Part shown: positions 51,259 through 62,859 of the stretch, in pieces
How positions within the stretch are numbered: position 1 is the stretch's first letter
Layout of the letters: every line of letters starts with the position of its first letter
Origin: Salibacteraceae bacterium
Lineage (GTDB): Bacteria; Bacteroidota; Bacteroidia; Flavobacteriales_G; Salibacteraceae
Assembly: GCA_038142005.1 (NCBI GenBank)
Contig: JAYQJE010000006.1
Location: 50,945-114,944, forward strand
DNA: 64,000 nucleotides
Direction: 5' to 3'
Notes under the pieces: generated by a model
The model's database searches: none
Told to the model about the DNA's origin: nothing
What the model saw: the letters and a program-made list of their open reading frames with translations, nothing else
Made by a program: the position numbers and the translations under genes

Positions 51259-53869
51259 TTGAGTCTCGCGCGTTTATTTCACCTGTCTTTGTTAATTGTT
51301 TTCTGCTCCATAACGGGAGCTGCGCAAACAACGGATAGCACTAACGCTAATACACTTTCAAATGATGCCTCAGACAGCCTGAGAGTCAGTACACAAATTG
51401 GAAAGGACTCGATAATTTCTGACTCTATCAATATCGATAGTGCTAGTGCAGACACACTGCCTCCCAAAAGAAAATCCAGTTTGGAGTATGAGGTGCTCTA
51501 CAATTCGGACGACAGCATGCTCATTGATTTAGCGGGAGATAAAGTCTATTTATATGGTAATGCCATAGCCGAATATGGGGACATTAAACTTGAGGCAGAT
51601 TACATAGAAATATCATTAAGCACCAGTGAATTGATGGCCACGGGCATGCCAGACAGTACAGGTAAGATGGCTGGATATCCAATCTTCACTCAAGGTGACC
51701 AGTCTTTCGACTCAGAGGAGATGCGCTACAACTTTAAAACTCAACGAGGCTTGAGCCGAACTGTGAAAACTCAGGAAGGAGATGGCTACATTCACGGAAA
51801 ATTGGTGAAAAAGGATACAGGAAATGTAATCTATATAAAAAGCGGGAAATACACTACGTGTGAATACGATGACCCACATTACCATATTCATGCAGACAAA
51901 CTGAAAATCATCACTGGAGACAAAATAGTCACTGGTCCAGCTTACTTATCCTTTGCGGATGTCCCTACTCCCCTCGCTGTGCCTTTTGGGTTTTTCCCGA
52001 ACAGCGAAGACCGAGCCAATGGATTAATTATTCCATCATGGGGTGAAGCTACAGGGCTCGGAATTGGCTTGGTAGGCGGTGGATATTACTTTGGTGTGAA
52101 AGATCGAGCAGATTTTGCCTTAACCGCTGATATATACTCACGCGGCAGCTGGAACGGATACATCAATTCAAGGTATGTAAAACGTTATAAGCGGAGTGGA
52201 AGTCTCGGGGTCGATCTTATTAAGCGAATTATCAGCGAGCCCGAATTTGCCGACTACGAAAACAAACCTTTGCGATATCGTGTAAGGTGGACACATAGGA
52301 CAAGACCCAAAAGCAAACCCCAATAGTAATTTCAGTGCTAGTGTGGATTTTGGTAACCCAGACGCGGATCGATTAAACCTTGCAGCATCTGCAGAGCGGC
52401 AGCTTCGAAATAGTACCAAATCCAGTGTAAGCTATAATCGATCGTTTGCCAATACTCCTTTCAACCTTCGTTTGGCTGGTCAAAGTGACCAAAACGCGGC
52501 TACGGGAAACGTATCGGTTCAATTACCAAGTGCGGCACTAACGATGAATAGAATATTTCCATTTAAGAGTGACGAATTCACCGGAAAGGAAATGCCCTGG
52601 GAAAAAATTGGTGTAAGCGCTTCTTTAGAGGGACGAAATCAAGTTCAAGCCCCATTTACCTCGCTTTTTACGGACAGCACTTTCAATGAAATGCAGAATG
52701 GCATGCAGCTTAATATCCCGATAAACGCTGGCTACAAAGTTTTTAAGTATTTAACACTCACACCTGAAATACGGAATCGGTTTGTTGGGACAAGACAAAC
52801 GATTGTGCGTGAATGGAATGCAGATAGCGCAGAAGTAGATGAAATGCGGATTGATCAACTCAATGGTTTTTGGGAAGGCAGCACTAGCTTATCTCTCAGC
52901 ACAATAGTTTACGGTATCTATCAGTATAAATCTGATCTTATTCAAGCGATGAGACATCAAGTAACTCCGCGGGTTGGCATTAGTTATAAGCCTGACTACA
53001 GCGACCCTTCTTGGGGATATTTTAGAACCGTACAAAGCGATACGAATGGCAGAGAACTCGAATACTCCATATTTGAAGGAGGTGTTTACGGTGGTCCAAG
53101 CGCGAACGAAAACGGAGTGCTCAATTTTGGGCTAAACAACACATTTGAATTAAAGGTTGCTGACCGATCTGATAGCACTGATGCTGAAGCAACTAAAAAG
53201 CTTAAGGTTTTAGACGCCTTTAACTTCAGCACCAATTATAATTTATTGAAGGATTCAAATAACTGGAGCCCTCTAAACATTCAAGTTCGTACATCGATCA
53301 TCCCCGGACTTACTTTTCAAGGGGCAGCAACGCTCAACCCATATGCGTGGAATGAAACCACTCAAACTCAATTGGCTGATTTTTGGTTTGATCGTACTGG
53401 ACAAATAGGCCGCTGGACAGCTGCCAACGCACGCTTTTCTTACAGCATGAATCCAAAGTCGGCAAAAAAGGGAATCGAAGAAAAGCGTGATCGAATGTCA
53501 GATGTTGGGCTCTATTATGATGATTTTGTAGATTTTGATGTTCCCTGGAACGCTCGTGTGACCTACAATATTCGATATACCAACCGTTTTGGGAATGAAA
53601 CGATAGATCAAACCGTTGACTTGAGTGGAGAGATAAATATTACTCGGAATTGGAGGTTCGGTTTATCGGGAAGTTATGATATTAGAAATCAACGGGTTTC
53701 TAGACCATCGATAGACATTTATCGTGATTTACATTGCTGGGAAATGCGCTTTAATGCTGTATTGGATGGTGATTTCCAACGCTACACTTTTGCAATCAAT
53801 GTAAAAGCAGAAACGTTACAAGATCTAAAACTGAATAGAAATCGACAGTTTAGGGTAAACCAGCTATAA
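51259..53869 (+). CDS. Bacteroidetes-type LPS-assembly protein LptD-like outer-membrane protein, one frameshift
   Basis: TTG 51259 with a signal peptide. OstA-like segment: …GDKVYLYGNAIAEYGDIKLEADYIEI…KSGKYTTCEYDDPHYHIHADKLKII…. A slip near 52290-52300 joins ORF 52343-53869. The start codon is uncertain. Confidence 0.75.
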
Positions 53870-53870
53870 T

Positions 53871-55636
53871 CTACATTCTTTCAGGGACACCGATTCCAAT
53901 CAACGACATAGACTTTTTAATGGTTTCGGCCGTTAGCTGTGTTAGGTGTAAACGGAATCCCCTACGCGATTCGCTTGATTTCAAAATAGATACATCTTGA
54001 TAAAACTGATTGTAAACCTTTGCTAAGTCAATGCAGTACGAGGCCATTATGGATGGATTCAGAGAATCAGCCGCAGACTTTGCTTGAGAGGTAAACCCAC
54101 TCAGCTTTTTTATCAACTCCTTTTCTCTTATGTGCAACTCCTCTAGAGGATGGAAGTTGTAATCACCACCTTTCCTTAAAACACTTCTACACCGAGCGTA
54201 TGTATATTGAACAAATGGCCCTGTGTCACCATTCAATGAAACCGATTCTTGCGGATCAAAAAGCATCCGCTTTTTAGGATCGACACGCAGTAAGAAAAAC
54301 TTCAAGGCACCGATACCCAAAATCTCATAAAGCGCCACTTGCTGCTGCTCCGTCAGCTCGTCCAGTTTGCCCTTTTCTAAAGATGATTCCATGGCAGCAT
54401 TCACTACCTCGTCCATTAAATCATCTGCATCTACTACAGTGCCTTCACGAGACTTCATTTTACCACTAGGAAGATCGACCATGCCATAACTCAGATGCTC
54501 ACAGTTTTTAGCCCAACCAAAACCAAGCTTTTCTAGTACTAAAAACAATACTTTGAAGTGATAATCTTGTTCATCACCAACCGTATAAATGGCTTGATGC
54601 ATGTCTGGATAGTCTTTAAAGCGATTATATGCCGTACCAATATCCTGTGTCATGTAAACTGAGGTACCATCTGCTCTTAAAAGAAGCTTTTCATCCAAAC
54701 CATCTTCAGATAAATCAACCCAGACGGAGCCATTGTCTTTTTTGAAGAACAAACCTTTTTCTAGGCCATCAAGCACCATATCTCGACCAGTTAGGTATGT
54801 GTCTGACTCATAATAGTGGCGGTCAAAAGAAACTCCCATGCGCTGGTATGTCTCGCCAAAACCTTCATAAACCCAGCCATTCAATCTTTGCCAAAGCTTT
54901 ACAACCTCAGGGTCTCCACTTTCCCAACTGACAAGCATCTCTTGCACCTCTTTTAGTAGTGGTGCTTCTTTTTCGCTTCCTCCTCAGACATACCATCTTT
55001 TACAAGGCTTGCAATCTGCTCTTTCAGCTTTTGATCAAAAATCACGTAGTATTTACCAACAAGCTTATCTCCTTTTAAACCACTCGAATCAGGGGTTTCA
55101 CCATTCCCCCATCGCTGCCATGCAAGCATGCTTTTACATATATGCACCCCGCGATCATTGATAATCTGTGTACGAATCACTTTGTTTCCAGCAAATGCTT
55201 TCAAAGCGCTCACAGCATCACCTAAGAAAATATTTCTGAGGTGCCCAAGGTGCAATGGTTTGTTGGTGTTAGGAGAGCTGAACTCAACAAGTACGGTATT
55301 ATTTTCATTGCTCTCATCAAGGGCATCCTTATCAAGAAGGTTTTGCAATATCGAGACCCAAAATACATCGGTCAGTTCCAGGTTTAAGAAACCCTTTACA
55401 ACATTATATCCAGAGACCTCTGAAACCCGCTCTTTCAAAATATCTCCAATCATTACACCTACCTGTTCAGGTGCTTTTTTAAACAGCTTTACGAATGGAA
55501 ACACTACGATAGTGAAGTCTCCTACAAACTCCTTTCTGGTTTGGTCAATTTGTATTTGATCAGGTTTTACATCTTGACCTAACGCTTCAGAAATTATGGA
55601 AGAGGCCTCTGCGGAGATGATTTGAATTAAATTCAT
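53871..55636 (-). CDS. argS: Arginine--tRNA ligase, one frameshift
   Basis: ORFs 54953-55636 (…SSPNTNKPLHLGHLRN…) and 53871-54947 are two halves of one gene. Adding one A near 54955 gives …EEAKKKAPLLKEVQEMLVSWESGD…. Confidence 0.95.
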
Positions 55637-56588
55637 GATGCAATAATCTTGGCAGTTGAGTCTAAGATTTTCAGGGTTTCCTCAGCCATTTTATTATACT
55701 TATTGTCAAGTAGTGGATTCACTTCCACAACTTCAAAACACACAAGTCGCGAGTCTTTTACCAATTCATGAATTAAGTCTCTAGCTTCATCTGGCAGCAA
55801 ACCATTTTTCACGGGCGTTCCAGTACCATAGCTTACCACGTTGGATCCATAGAGTCCACATCAAACGAAACATACAATATATCGCAGTCGCTAAGGCTAT
55901 CAAGCAGTTCACCAGCGATCTTCTTTGGACCGGCATTTCTGAGTTGATCCACAGTATAGTTAGGTATTTCGTACTTTGACATGAAGTGATTTTCTGGTTC
56001 CTCCGTATCTCGAACTCCTACAAATCTCAAGTCAGTAGTTTTAAAACTTGGTGATTTACCACCCAAAGCTTTCATGGCCTCCCAATGCTCCACTCCTCTT
56101 GGATCGGGTTCATTGATTTGTCGATCTAGATTATCTAAACCTAAGGCACAAGCCAGTGGCATTCCATGAACATTTCCTGAAGGAGTGGTGTATGGCGAAT
56201 GCAGATCTGCATGCGCATCGATCCAAACTACACCCAGTCTTTTATCCGGAAACGCCTTCACAATGCCTGCAATTGTAGCTGCTGCAGAGGCGTGATCAGC
56301 AGAAACTACAAGTGGAAATCTTTGGTTCAATAAAACTGAACTAACTTCTTTGCAGTGAGCAGAATATACCACTGAAATACTATCAATATACTTAGCGTAA
56401 GGAAAAGTGTCCTCCGCAAAAAGAGCGTCATTTTGATTACGCACAATGCGTGAAGGATACTGTTTAAAAAAGTCAATCTCTAAATTAAGAGATGCTAACT
56501 TCAAAGCCGATGGACCAAGACTGCTACCGCGAGTACCGGCTCCAATTTCTGACTCTTGAATAACTAATTCAATCGCTTTGTTCTTCAT
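55633..56588 (-). CDS. Arginase/ureohydrolase-family protein, one frameshift
   Basis: Motifs SADHASAAAT, WIDAHADLH and SFDVDSMDP. ORF 55633-55839 supplies the C-terminus (…GTGTPVKNGL…EVVEVNP). Overlaps the argS start by 4 bp. Confidence 0.85.
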
Positions 56589-56679
56589 GGTGCGAAGGTA
56601 GCTTCAGGTTCTGATTGAAGAAATATAGAATTGTGTTTTTGGATTCAATCGCATGGTTATTTTTACTGATTAGCGTCTC

Positions 56680-57396
56680 ATGACAATTCCTAGCCTAAAC
56701 CATAACCTATTCTATTGCCTGCTTGCAGTTATTTTAATCCTTGCTGGTTGTGGCCCTGAAGCTGAATTTCAAGCTGACATTGATCAAGGCATCATAGAAT
56801 ACGATGTTTCCTACTCTGAGCTTGACTCTAACAACATCATGCTAGAAATGCTGCCGAGTAAGATGATAATGATTTTTAAAGACGATAAATACATATCAAA
56901 ATTAGAGACAACAGCGGGTATCGTTGAAATGGCTGTACTGGCAGACCAGAAGAATCAGAGGATGTATAACTTGGTCAAAATATTCAGCGACAGATACGCC
57001 CTAGAGTTGGATAAAACTGAGGCTTTAGAAATGACGAATGTCTTCCCTCAATTTGTATTGAATATAACCGATGAAGAAAAGGTAATCGCAGAGGCGAATT
57101 GCCAAAAGGCGGAACTCGAGTTTGATGGCTCAAGTCACAAAGACTACATATTCTATTTCACCGATGAGATTAGTTTGAAAGACCCGAACTGGTGCACACC
57201 TTACTACGATATTAAGGGCGTTTTGTTGGACTACCGAATCCAGAATTATGGCATGAATATGCGACTAAAGGCAACCAGAATAACACCTAAAGAAATTGAT
57301 GACTCTGAATTTGAAATATCAGATGATTATGAATTTCTTACCCGTTCGGAGTTTGATGAGTTAGTTGTGAAGAATATGGAAATTTTCATGGAATAA
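56680..57396 (+). CDS. Lipoprotein of unknown function
   Basis: 238 aa. Lipobox LLAVILILAGC. No recognisable motifs. Confidence 0.6.
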   Translation: MTIPSLNHNLFYCLLAVILILAGCGPEAEFQADIDQGIIEYDVSYSELDSNNIMLEMLPSKMIMIFKDDKYISKLETTAGIVEMAVLADQKNQRMYNLVKIFSDRYALELDKTEALEMTNVFPQFVLNITDEEKVIAEANCQKAELEFDGSSHKDYIFYFTDEISLKDPNWCTPYYDIKGVLLDYRIQNYGMNMRLKATRITPKEIDDSEFEISDDYEFLTRSEFDELVVKNMEIFME

Positions 57397-57488
57397 CTTG
57401 TTCGCAATCTTTATTTGATAACTCACGCACTGCTTAGCTTTCCACTCTTTTTCTCACAATAACTTTGCTTAATTAAGCAATTTCGCAT

Positions 57489-60038
57489 TTGAGCTATTCA
57501 AACCACTATAAAAGTCAGGTTGACGATAACAGTAAGGCTGCCAAAAAAAAAAAGAAGAAGGGTTCAAAATCATCTGGACCCAAAGGAGATCCCCATCGTA
57601 TGAAGATCCTTAGTCGAATAATTGGATTCTTTTCCGATGAGCGAACGCGAAATGTTCTTGGAGCATTTCTTATTCTTTTCAGTTCGGTATTGGTGCTATC
57701 AATGACTTCTTACCTCTTTACTTGGAAGGTCGATCAAGACCACATCCTTGATGGCGGTTTTGGAAAAATAGCCACCTCACCTAATCCTGAGATTGAAAAT
57801 TGGTTGGGGCCTATCGGTGCTTACCTCAGTCATCTTCTCATTTTTAAAGGGTTTGGCATTTCATCCATAGGATTGGTAATGATCACTTTTTTATTGGGTT
57901 TTCGCATTCTATTTAACGTAGAGCTGCTTCCCTTCAGAAGGACCTTCGCATACACTTTGTTTACTATGCTTTGGGTTTCGCTCTTATTTGGAGCAGTATT
58001 CCCAGAAAACCTTCTACTGATGGGAGGTTCACTCGGATTTTACATGAACTATTGGCTCAGTGGAGTGCTGGGTGACATTGGGGTATTTCTCAGCCTCTTA
58101 TTTAGTGCGCTTGTCTTTTCAGTAGTCAACTTCAATTTGAGTATCCCGAGAATTATTGCAGCAATGAGTCGGACATCATCTATGCACGAAGCTGAAGAGC
58201 AAACCGAAGCAGATACTGAACTGGACTCCGAAGGTTTTGATGTGATCAATAAGTCAGACGAAATAAAAGAAAACCAGCAGAGCAATACAATGGAGCTCGA
58301 ATCAGACGACCCCATGAATAAAGGGAGTGAATCTGAAGAGCATTCGGATGGTCTTGCTTTGGATATTGAAGTTCCTGAAACGAGCGATACGGAGGTTGAA
58401 GAAGTCGTAGATAAAAAATCAGAATCCGATACTAAGGATGACGATGTAGCTCTGGATGTCGAAGCGCCCACGGGCGATGAGGAACTAACAGATGAAGAAA
58501 AGGCAGCGCCCTCAGAAATGGTCGATTATGATCCTTTATTGGATCTGAGTAAATATCAGCATCCTCCGATTGACCTATTGGAAGATCACGGAGATGGCAA
58601 CATTCAGGTTGAGCGCGAAGAACTAGAGCAAAACAAGAACCGCATTGTTGAGACGCTTAAGAATTATAACATCGATATTTCAAAGATTAAAGCGACAATT
58701 GGGCCGACTGTTACCTTATATGAGATTGTACCAGAGGCAGGTGTTCGAATTTCAAAAATCAAAAACCTAGAGGACGATATTGCCTTAAGTCTTGCTGCGC
58801 TAGGAATAAGAATTATCGCTCCAATACCAGGAAAAGGTACCATAGGTATAGAAGTCCCAAACCAAACCCCTGACGTGGTCTCCATGCGCACGGTGATTAA
58901 AGCTGATAAATTTCAACACGCCAAAATGGAACTTCCCGTGGCTTTAGGCAAGACCATTTCTAACGAAACCTTCGTGACAGATTTAGCCAAGATGCCACAC
59001 CTATTAATGGCTGGCGCCACTGGCCAAGGTAAATCTGTGGGACTAAACTGCATTTTGGCGTCCTTACTTTATAAAAAACACCCTGCTCAGGTAAAATTCG
59101 TTTTGGTAGATCCTAAGAAAGTTGAGCTCACCCTCTTTAATAAAATCGAGCGTCACTTCCTTGCCAAATTGCCTGATGAGGAAGAAGCAATCATTACTGA
59201 TACAAGCAAGGTTGTAGCGACCCTCAACTCGCTCTGTATTGAAATGGATGATCGCTATGAAATGCTTAAAAATGCACAATGCCGAAACATTAAAGAATAC
59301 AATGCGAAATTCATTAAGCGTAAACTAAATCCAAATAACGGCCACCGATATTTACCCTACATCGTATTGGTGGTAGATGAGTTTGCAGATCTCATCATGA
59401 CTGCCGGCAAAGAAGTAGAGATGCCCATAGCAAGACTCGCACAACTCGCTAGAGCCATTGGTATTCACTTAATCATTGCCACTCAGAGACCATCTGTAAA
59501 TATTATTACAGGAACAATAAAGGCTAATTTCCCTAGCCGAATTGCATTTCGTGTTACCAGTAAGATCGATTCAAGAACCATACTAGATACTGGTGGCGCA
59601 GAACAACTTATTGGTCGTGGCGATATGTTGTATAGCAATGGCAATGATTTAATAAGGCTTCAGTGTGCATTTGTCGACACTCCAGAAGTGGAAAAAATCA
59701 CGGACTTTATTGGTGATCAACAAGGGTATCCAGATGCCCACTTGCTGCCTGAATACGTTGGTGAAGGAGGTGAAAGTGGAGGTGAAAATTTCGAGGACAT
59801 GGATCGCGATGCACTCTTTGAGGACGCAGCTCGTGTGGTTGTAATGAATCAACAGGGCAGCGCTTCTCTTTTACAGCGAAAACTTAAGCTCGGCTACAAT
59901 AGAGCTGGGAGAATTGTGGATCAATTGGAGGCTGCCGGCATCATCGGACCTTTTGAAGGAAGCAAGGCTCGACAAGTATTAATCCCCGATGAAATAAGTT
60001 TGGAACAACATTTGTCTAATCTCTCGAATAAAACATAA
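57489..60038 (+). CDS. ftsK: DNA translocase FtsK
   Basis: 849 aa. Lys-rich N-terminus, 4 TM helices, acidic linker, Walker A MAGATGQGKSVGLN, Walker B VLVVDEFADL, and a winged-helix gamma domain (…SASLLQRKLKLGYNRAGRIVDQLE…). TTG start. An A11 run lies at 57543-57553. Confidence 0.95.
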   Translation: MSYSNHYKSQVDDNSKAAKKKKKKGSKSSGPKGDPHRMKILSRIIGFFSDERTRNVLGAFLILFSSVLVLSMTSYLFTWKVDQDHILDGGFGKIATSPNPEIENWLGPIGAYLSHLLIFKGFGISSIGLVMITFLLGFRILFNVELLPFRRTFAYTLFTMLWVSLLFGAVFPENLLLMGGSLGFYMNYWLSGVLGDIGVFLSLLFSALVFSVVNFNLSIPRIIAAMSRTSSMHEAEEQTEADTELDSEGFDVINKSDEIKENQQSNTMELESDDPMNKGSESEEHSDGLALDIEVPETSDTEVEEVVDKKSESDTKDDDVALDVEAPTGDEELTDEEKAAPSEMVDYDPLLDLSKYQHPPIDLLEDHGDGNIQVEREELEQNKNRIVETLKNYNIDISKIKATIGPTVTLYEIVPEAGVRISKIKNLEDDIALSLAALGIRIIAPIPGKGTIGIEVPNQTPDVVSMRTVIKADKFQHAKMELPVALGKTISNETFVTDLAKMPHLLMAGATGQGKSVGLNCILASLLYKKHPAQVKFVLVDPKKVELTLFNKIERHFLAKLPDEEEAIITDTSKVVATLNSLCIEMDDRYEMLKNAQCRNIKEYNAKFIKRKLNPNNGHRYLPYIVLVVDEFADLIMTAGKEVEMPIARLAQLARAIGIHLIIATQRPSVNIITGTIKANFPSRIAFRVTSKIDSRTILDTGGAEQLIGRGDMLYSNGNDLIRLQCAFVDTPEVEKITDFIGDQQGYPDAHLLPEYVGEGGESGGENFEDMDRDALFEDAARVVVMNQQGSASLLQRKLKLGYNRAGRIVDQLEAAGIIGPFEGSKARQVLIPDEISLEQHLSNLSNKT

Positions 60039-60041
60039 ATC

Positions 60042-60722
60042 ATGAAGCATTACCTCTCTATCGTTGTTGCCTTATCGGTGACTTTAACAAGCCTAGCTCA
60101 AACAGTAGCTACAGACCTCAATCCACAAGACCCCAAGGCGAAAGAAATTCTCGATGCTATGAGCGATAAAGCATCAAGCTATAAATCGTTCAAAGCTGAT
60201 TTTGAATACACCTTGATCAATGAGACGGAGTCAATTAATGAAACTCAGAAAGGCTCAGTGATGATGAAAGGAAAGGAAAAGTATAAGCTGGAAGTAGCTG
60301 GTCAAGAAATAATGTGTGACGGAGAAACCGTTTGGACGTTTATACCTGATGTTGGCGAACTTCAAATTTCAGACTTACCCGAAGAGGATGAAGATGATGG
60401 AAACATGATGAATCCAGCCAATGCTTTTCACATGTATAAGAATGGCTTTAAGTATAAGTATTCGGGTAAGGCTACAATTGATGGCATTGATGCTGATGTA
60501 ATCAAGATGTACCCAATGAATCCAAAGGGTAAAAACTATCATACCATCATCGTCAATGTTGACAAAGCCAAATTGGAGCTGATTAGCATGGTAGTAAAAG
60601 GAAAAGATGGCAATGAGTACACCTATCGCTTAAAAAACTTCACCCCTAATATTGATGTTTCCGATTCGGATTTTGAATTTGATGAAGATCGGGCTGATGA
60701 TATTATTGATCTACGCGAATGA
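60042..60722 (+). CDS. lolA: LolA-like outer-membrane lipoprotein carrier protein
   Basis: 226 aa with a signal peptide. Its position immediately after ftsK is typical of Bacteroidota. …F.A.F.Y……G.….K…KY.L…. Confidence 0.8.
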   Translation: MKHYLSIVVALSVTLTSLAQTVATDLNPQDPKAKEILDAMSDKASSYKSFKADFEYTLINETESINETQKGSVMMKGKEKYKLEVAGQEIMCDGETVWTFIPDVGELQISDLPEEDEDDGNMMNPANAFHMYKNGFKYKYSGKATIDGIDADVIKMYPMNPKGKNYHTIIVNVDKAKLELISMVVKGKDGNEYTYRLKNFTPNIDVSDSDFEFDEDRADDIIDLRE

Positions 60723-60745
60723 TTCTGAAGTTATTCGAGGACAGT

Positions 60746-60773
60746 AAAATGGAGCTAAGGCTCCATTTTTTTT
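60746..60773 (+). terminator. Rho-independent terminator after lolA
   Basis: AAAATGGAGC-TAAG-GCTCCATTTT stem-loop followed by a T run. Confidence 0.85.
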
Positions 60774-60862
60774 ACCCTTTTGTTAGCATTCCGTTATTAG
60801 AAGAAGTCACCAAGAACTTTGACATCTATTAATCGTTACTTTGATCTAAACCTCAAGAACGA

Positions 60863-61983
60863 ATGAACATAGGCATTGTATGCTATCCAACTTTTGGCGG
60901 TAGTGGTGTTGTGGCAACAGAGCTTGGAATTGAATTGGCCAGACTAGGAAATCAAGTCCATTTCATAAGCTACTCACAGCCTGTGAGGCTCGATTTATAT
61001 GAGAACAATATTTATTACCATGAGGTAGTAGTCCCCAATTATCCTCTATTTGACTATTCTCCGTACGAACTAATGCTCACCTCCAAACTTGTGAGTGTAG
61101 CGAAAAACGAAAACTTAGATGTACTTCACGTGCACTACGCCATACCCCATGCCTCTGCCGCATACATGGCCAAAAAAATTCTTGAGTCTGAAGGTGTTCA
61201 TATACCAATTATCTGCACCCTCCATAGCACTGACATAACCCTATTGGGGAAAGATGCTTCGTTCGAACCAGTAATCACGTTTGCAATAAACAATAGCGAT
61301 GCTGTAACTGCAGTTTCACAAAGTCTAGCCAACGACACCTACGCTCACTTTAAGGTAAATCGAAAGTTGGATGTTATTCCAAATTTCATTAATCTAACTC
61401 GTTATGAACACCTTAAGCCCAATGGGTTAAGGGCAAGATTTGCTCATGAAAGCGAACCATTAATCATGCATGTTTCCAACTTTAGAAAAGTGAAGCGTGT
61501 AGATGATGTTGTTAGAGTATTTGCCGGTGTAAGGGAAAAGTTGAAATGTCAACTATTACTCATCGGTGATGGTCCAGAGCGATCGAATGTTGAGGAAATG
61601 TGCCGAAGTTTGGGTATGTGCGAGGACATTCACTTTTTTGGAAAATCAAAGAACATTGAGCAATTTCTTGTCAATGGCGATTTGTTTATTCTACCCTCAG
61701 AGACTGAAAGCTTCGGTTTAGCGGCACTGGAGGCAATGGCAGCTGGTATGCCTGTAATTTCAAGCAATACAGGCGGATTGCCCGAGGTGAACAAACATGG
61801 TTTCAGCGGTTACCTATGCGATGCGGGCGATACAGAACGCATGACGGACTATGCGCTAGAAATTCTATCATCAACTGAAAAACTAGAGACATTCAAATCG
61901 AACGCGCGTGAACAAGCGAAAAATTCAGCTTAAAATCAGTATTACCTAGGTATTTGGAGCTGTATAACTCATTGGTTGATTAA
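60863..61983 (+). CDS. bshA: N-acetyl-alpha-D-glucosaminyl L-malate synthase BshA (bacillithiol biosynthesis), one frameshift near the 3' end
   Basis: MNIGIVCYPTFGGSGVVATELGIELARLGNQVHFIS…HVHYAIPHA…TLHSTDITLLG closely parallels B. subtilis BshA as I recall it. Adding one A to the A5 run at ~61925 extends the frame to …EQAKKFSLKSVLPRYLELYNSLVD, stop at 61983. Confidence 0.9.
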
Positions 61984-62026
61984 TTTGGTACAATCATTGG
62001 TTTGCACTTTATCAAAACGCATCATT

Positions 62027-62227
62027 ATGAAAAAGATTTTTGCCTTAGCAATAGTTAGCCTATCGATGGCATCCTGCTCAACTTGTTATGAATGTTCAGA
62101 AGAGGTAATTATTTCGAGCGGAAACACACCTGTAGATACACAATTAGTTTCGGATGAGTTATGCACGGCTGATCAATCCGAGATAGCCGAACGTGAGAGC
62201 GAAGGCGCTACCTGCGAATCAATTTAG
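62027..62227 (+). CDS. Small Cys-rich lipoprotein (66 aa)
   Basis: ATG 62027 gives MKKIFALAIVSLSMASC (lipobox). The mature part has 4 further Cys (CYEC…C…C). Confidence 0.5.
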   Translation: MKKIFALAIVSLSMASCSTCYECSEEVIISSGNTPVDTQLVSDELCTADQSEIAERESEGATCESI

Positions 62228-62825
62228 GATTATACCATTTTCAGAGCTTTCTTCCTGATCTAGAAGAAAGTTGAGGTATTTAAGTTGGTTTTTCACAATC
62301 CGTTGCCGACTCTGTTCTGAGTCAGCCATGAGTATTCTCACCTTGTCTTCGTTCTTGAGGGCTAGGCAAGCCGCTATATCCATAGAAGAATAGTGTTGTA
62401 TGCTTTCTAATCTTGGGGTCTCACCGTGTTTTCTTTCAATAAATCTTGAAAATTCATTTAGTGTGTCGAGAGGTATGACTTCGGAATCATGAATCTCTTT
62501 ATGAGCTCCAACCATTCCTCCAGGATATAACTTTCCAGGAAACTTAGGCATGATGGATTTAACGTCAAAAACGGCATCACACTCCACCAAAACGTCCAGA
62601 GCCCCATCTTCATGAACTTTGGTTACCGAAACCAATCGACATAGAGACCCAAGACGCACCTTATTTCTCCCTTCGTAGGGCAGCACGAATTGTTTTTTTC
62701 TCCTTTTCTAATTCATCGAATAACTGGAGGTATCGAGGTTCGAAAATATATAGAGGCACCTGCTCTTTGGGCAAGAGAAGCATCCTGAGTGGAAAGAAAG
62801 GAAGTATCGATGATATCTCACTCAT
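62219..62825 (-). CDS. LON substrate-binding (N-terminal) domain protein, one frameshift
   Basis: ATG 62825 gives MSEISSILPFFPLRMLLLPKEQVPLYIFEPRYLQLFDELEKEKK. A slip in the A/T7 run at ~62692-62698 joins ORF 62219-62686. Confidence 0.8.
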
Positions 62826-62859
62826 CTAATCAGAACAATGAAATTGAAAAATAGTTGAT

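Noticed and set aside
51089-51338. ORFs 51089-51331 (minus strand) and 51132-51338 (plus strand) across the amidase/LptD promoter region
   Set aside because: They overlap the amidase N-terminus, the intergenic A10 tract and the LptD-like signal peptide. They have no supporting motifs.
58049-58471. 140-aa Ser-rich minus-strand ORF
   Set aside because: It is antisense to the acidic (E/D-rich) linker of ftsK. GAN/GAR codons read as Ser-rich sequence on the opposite strand.
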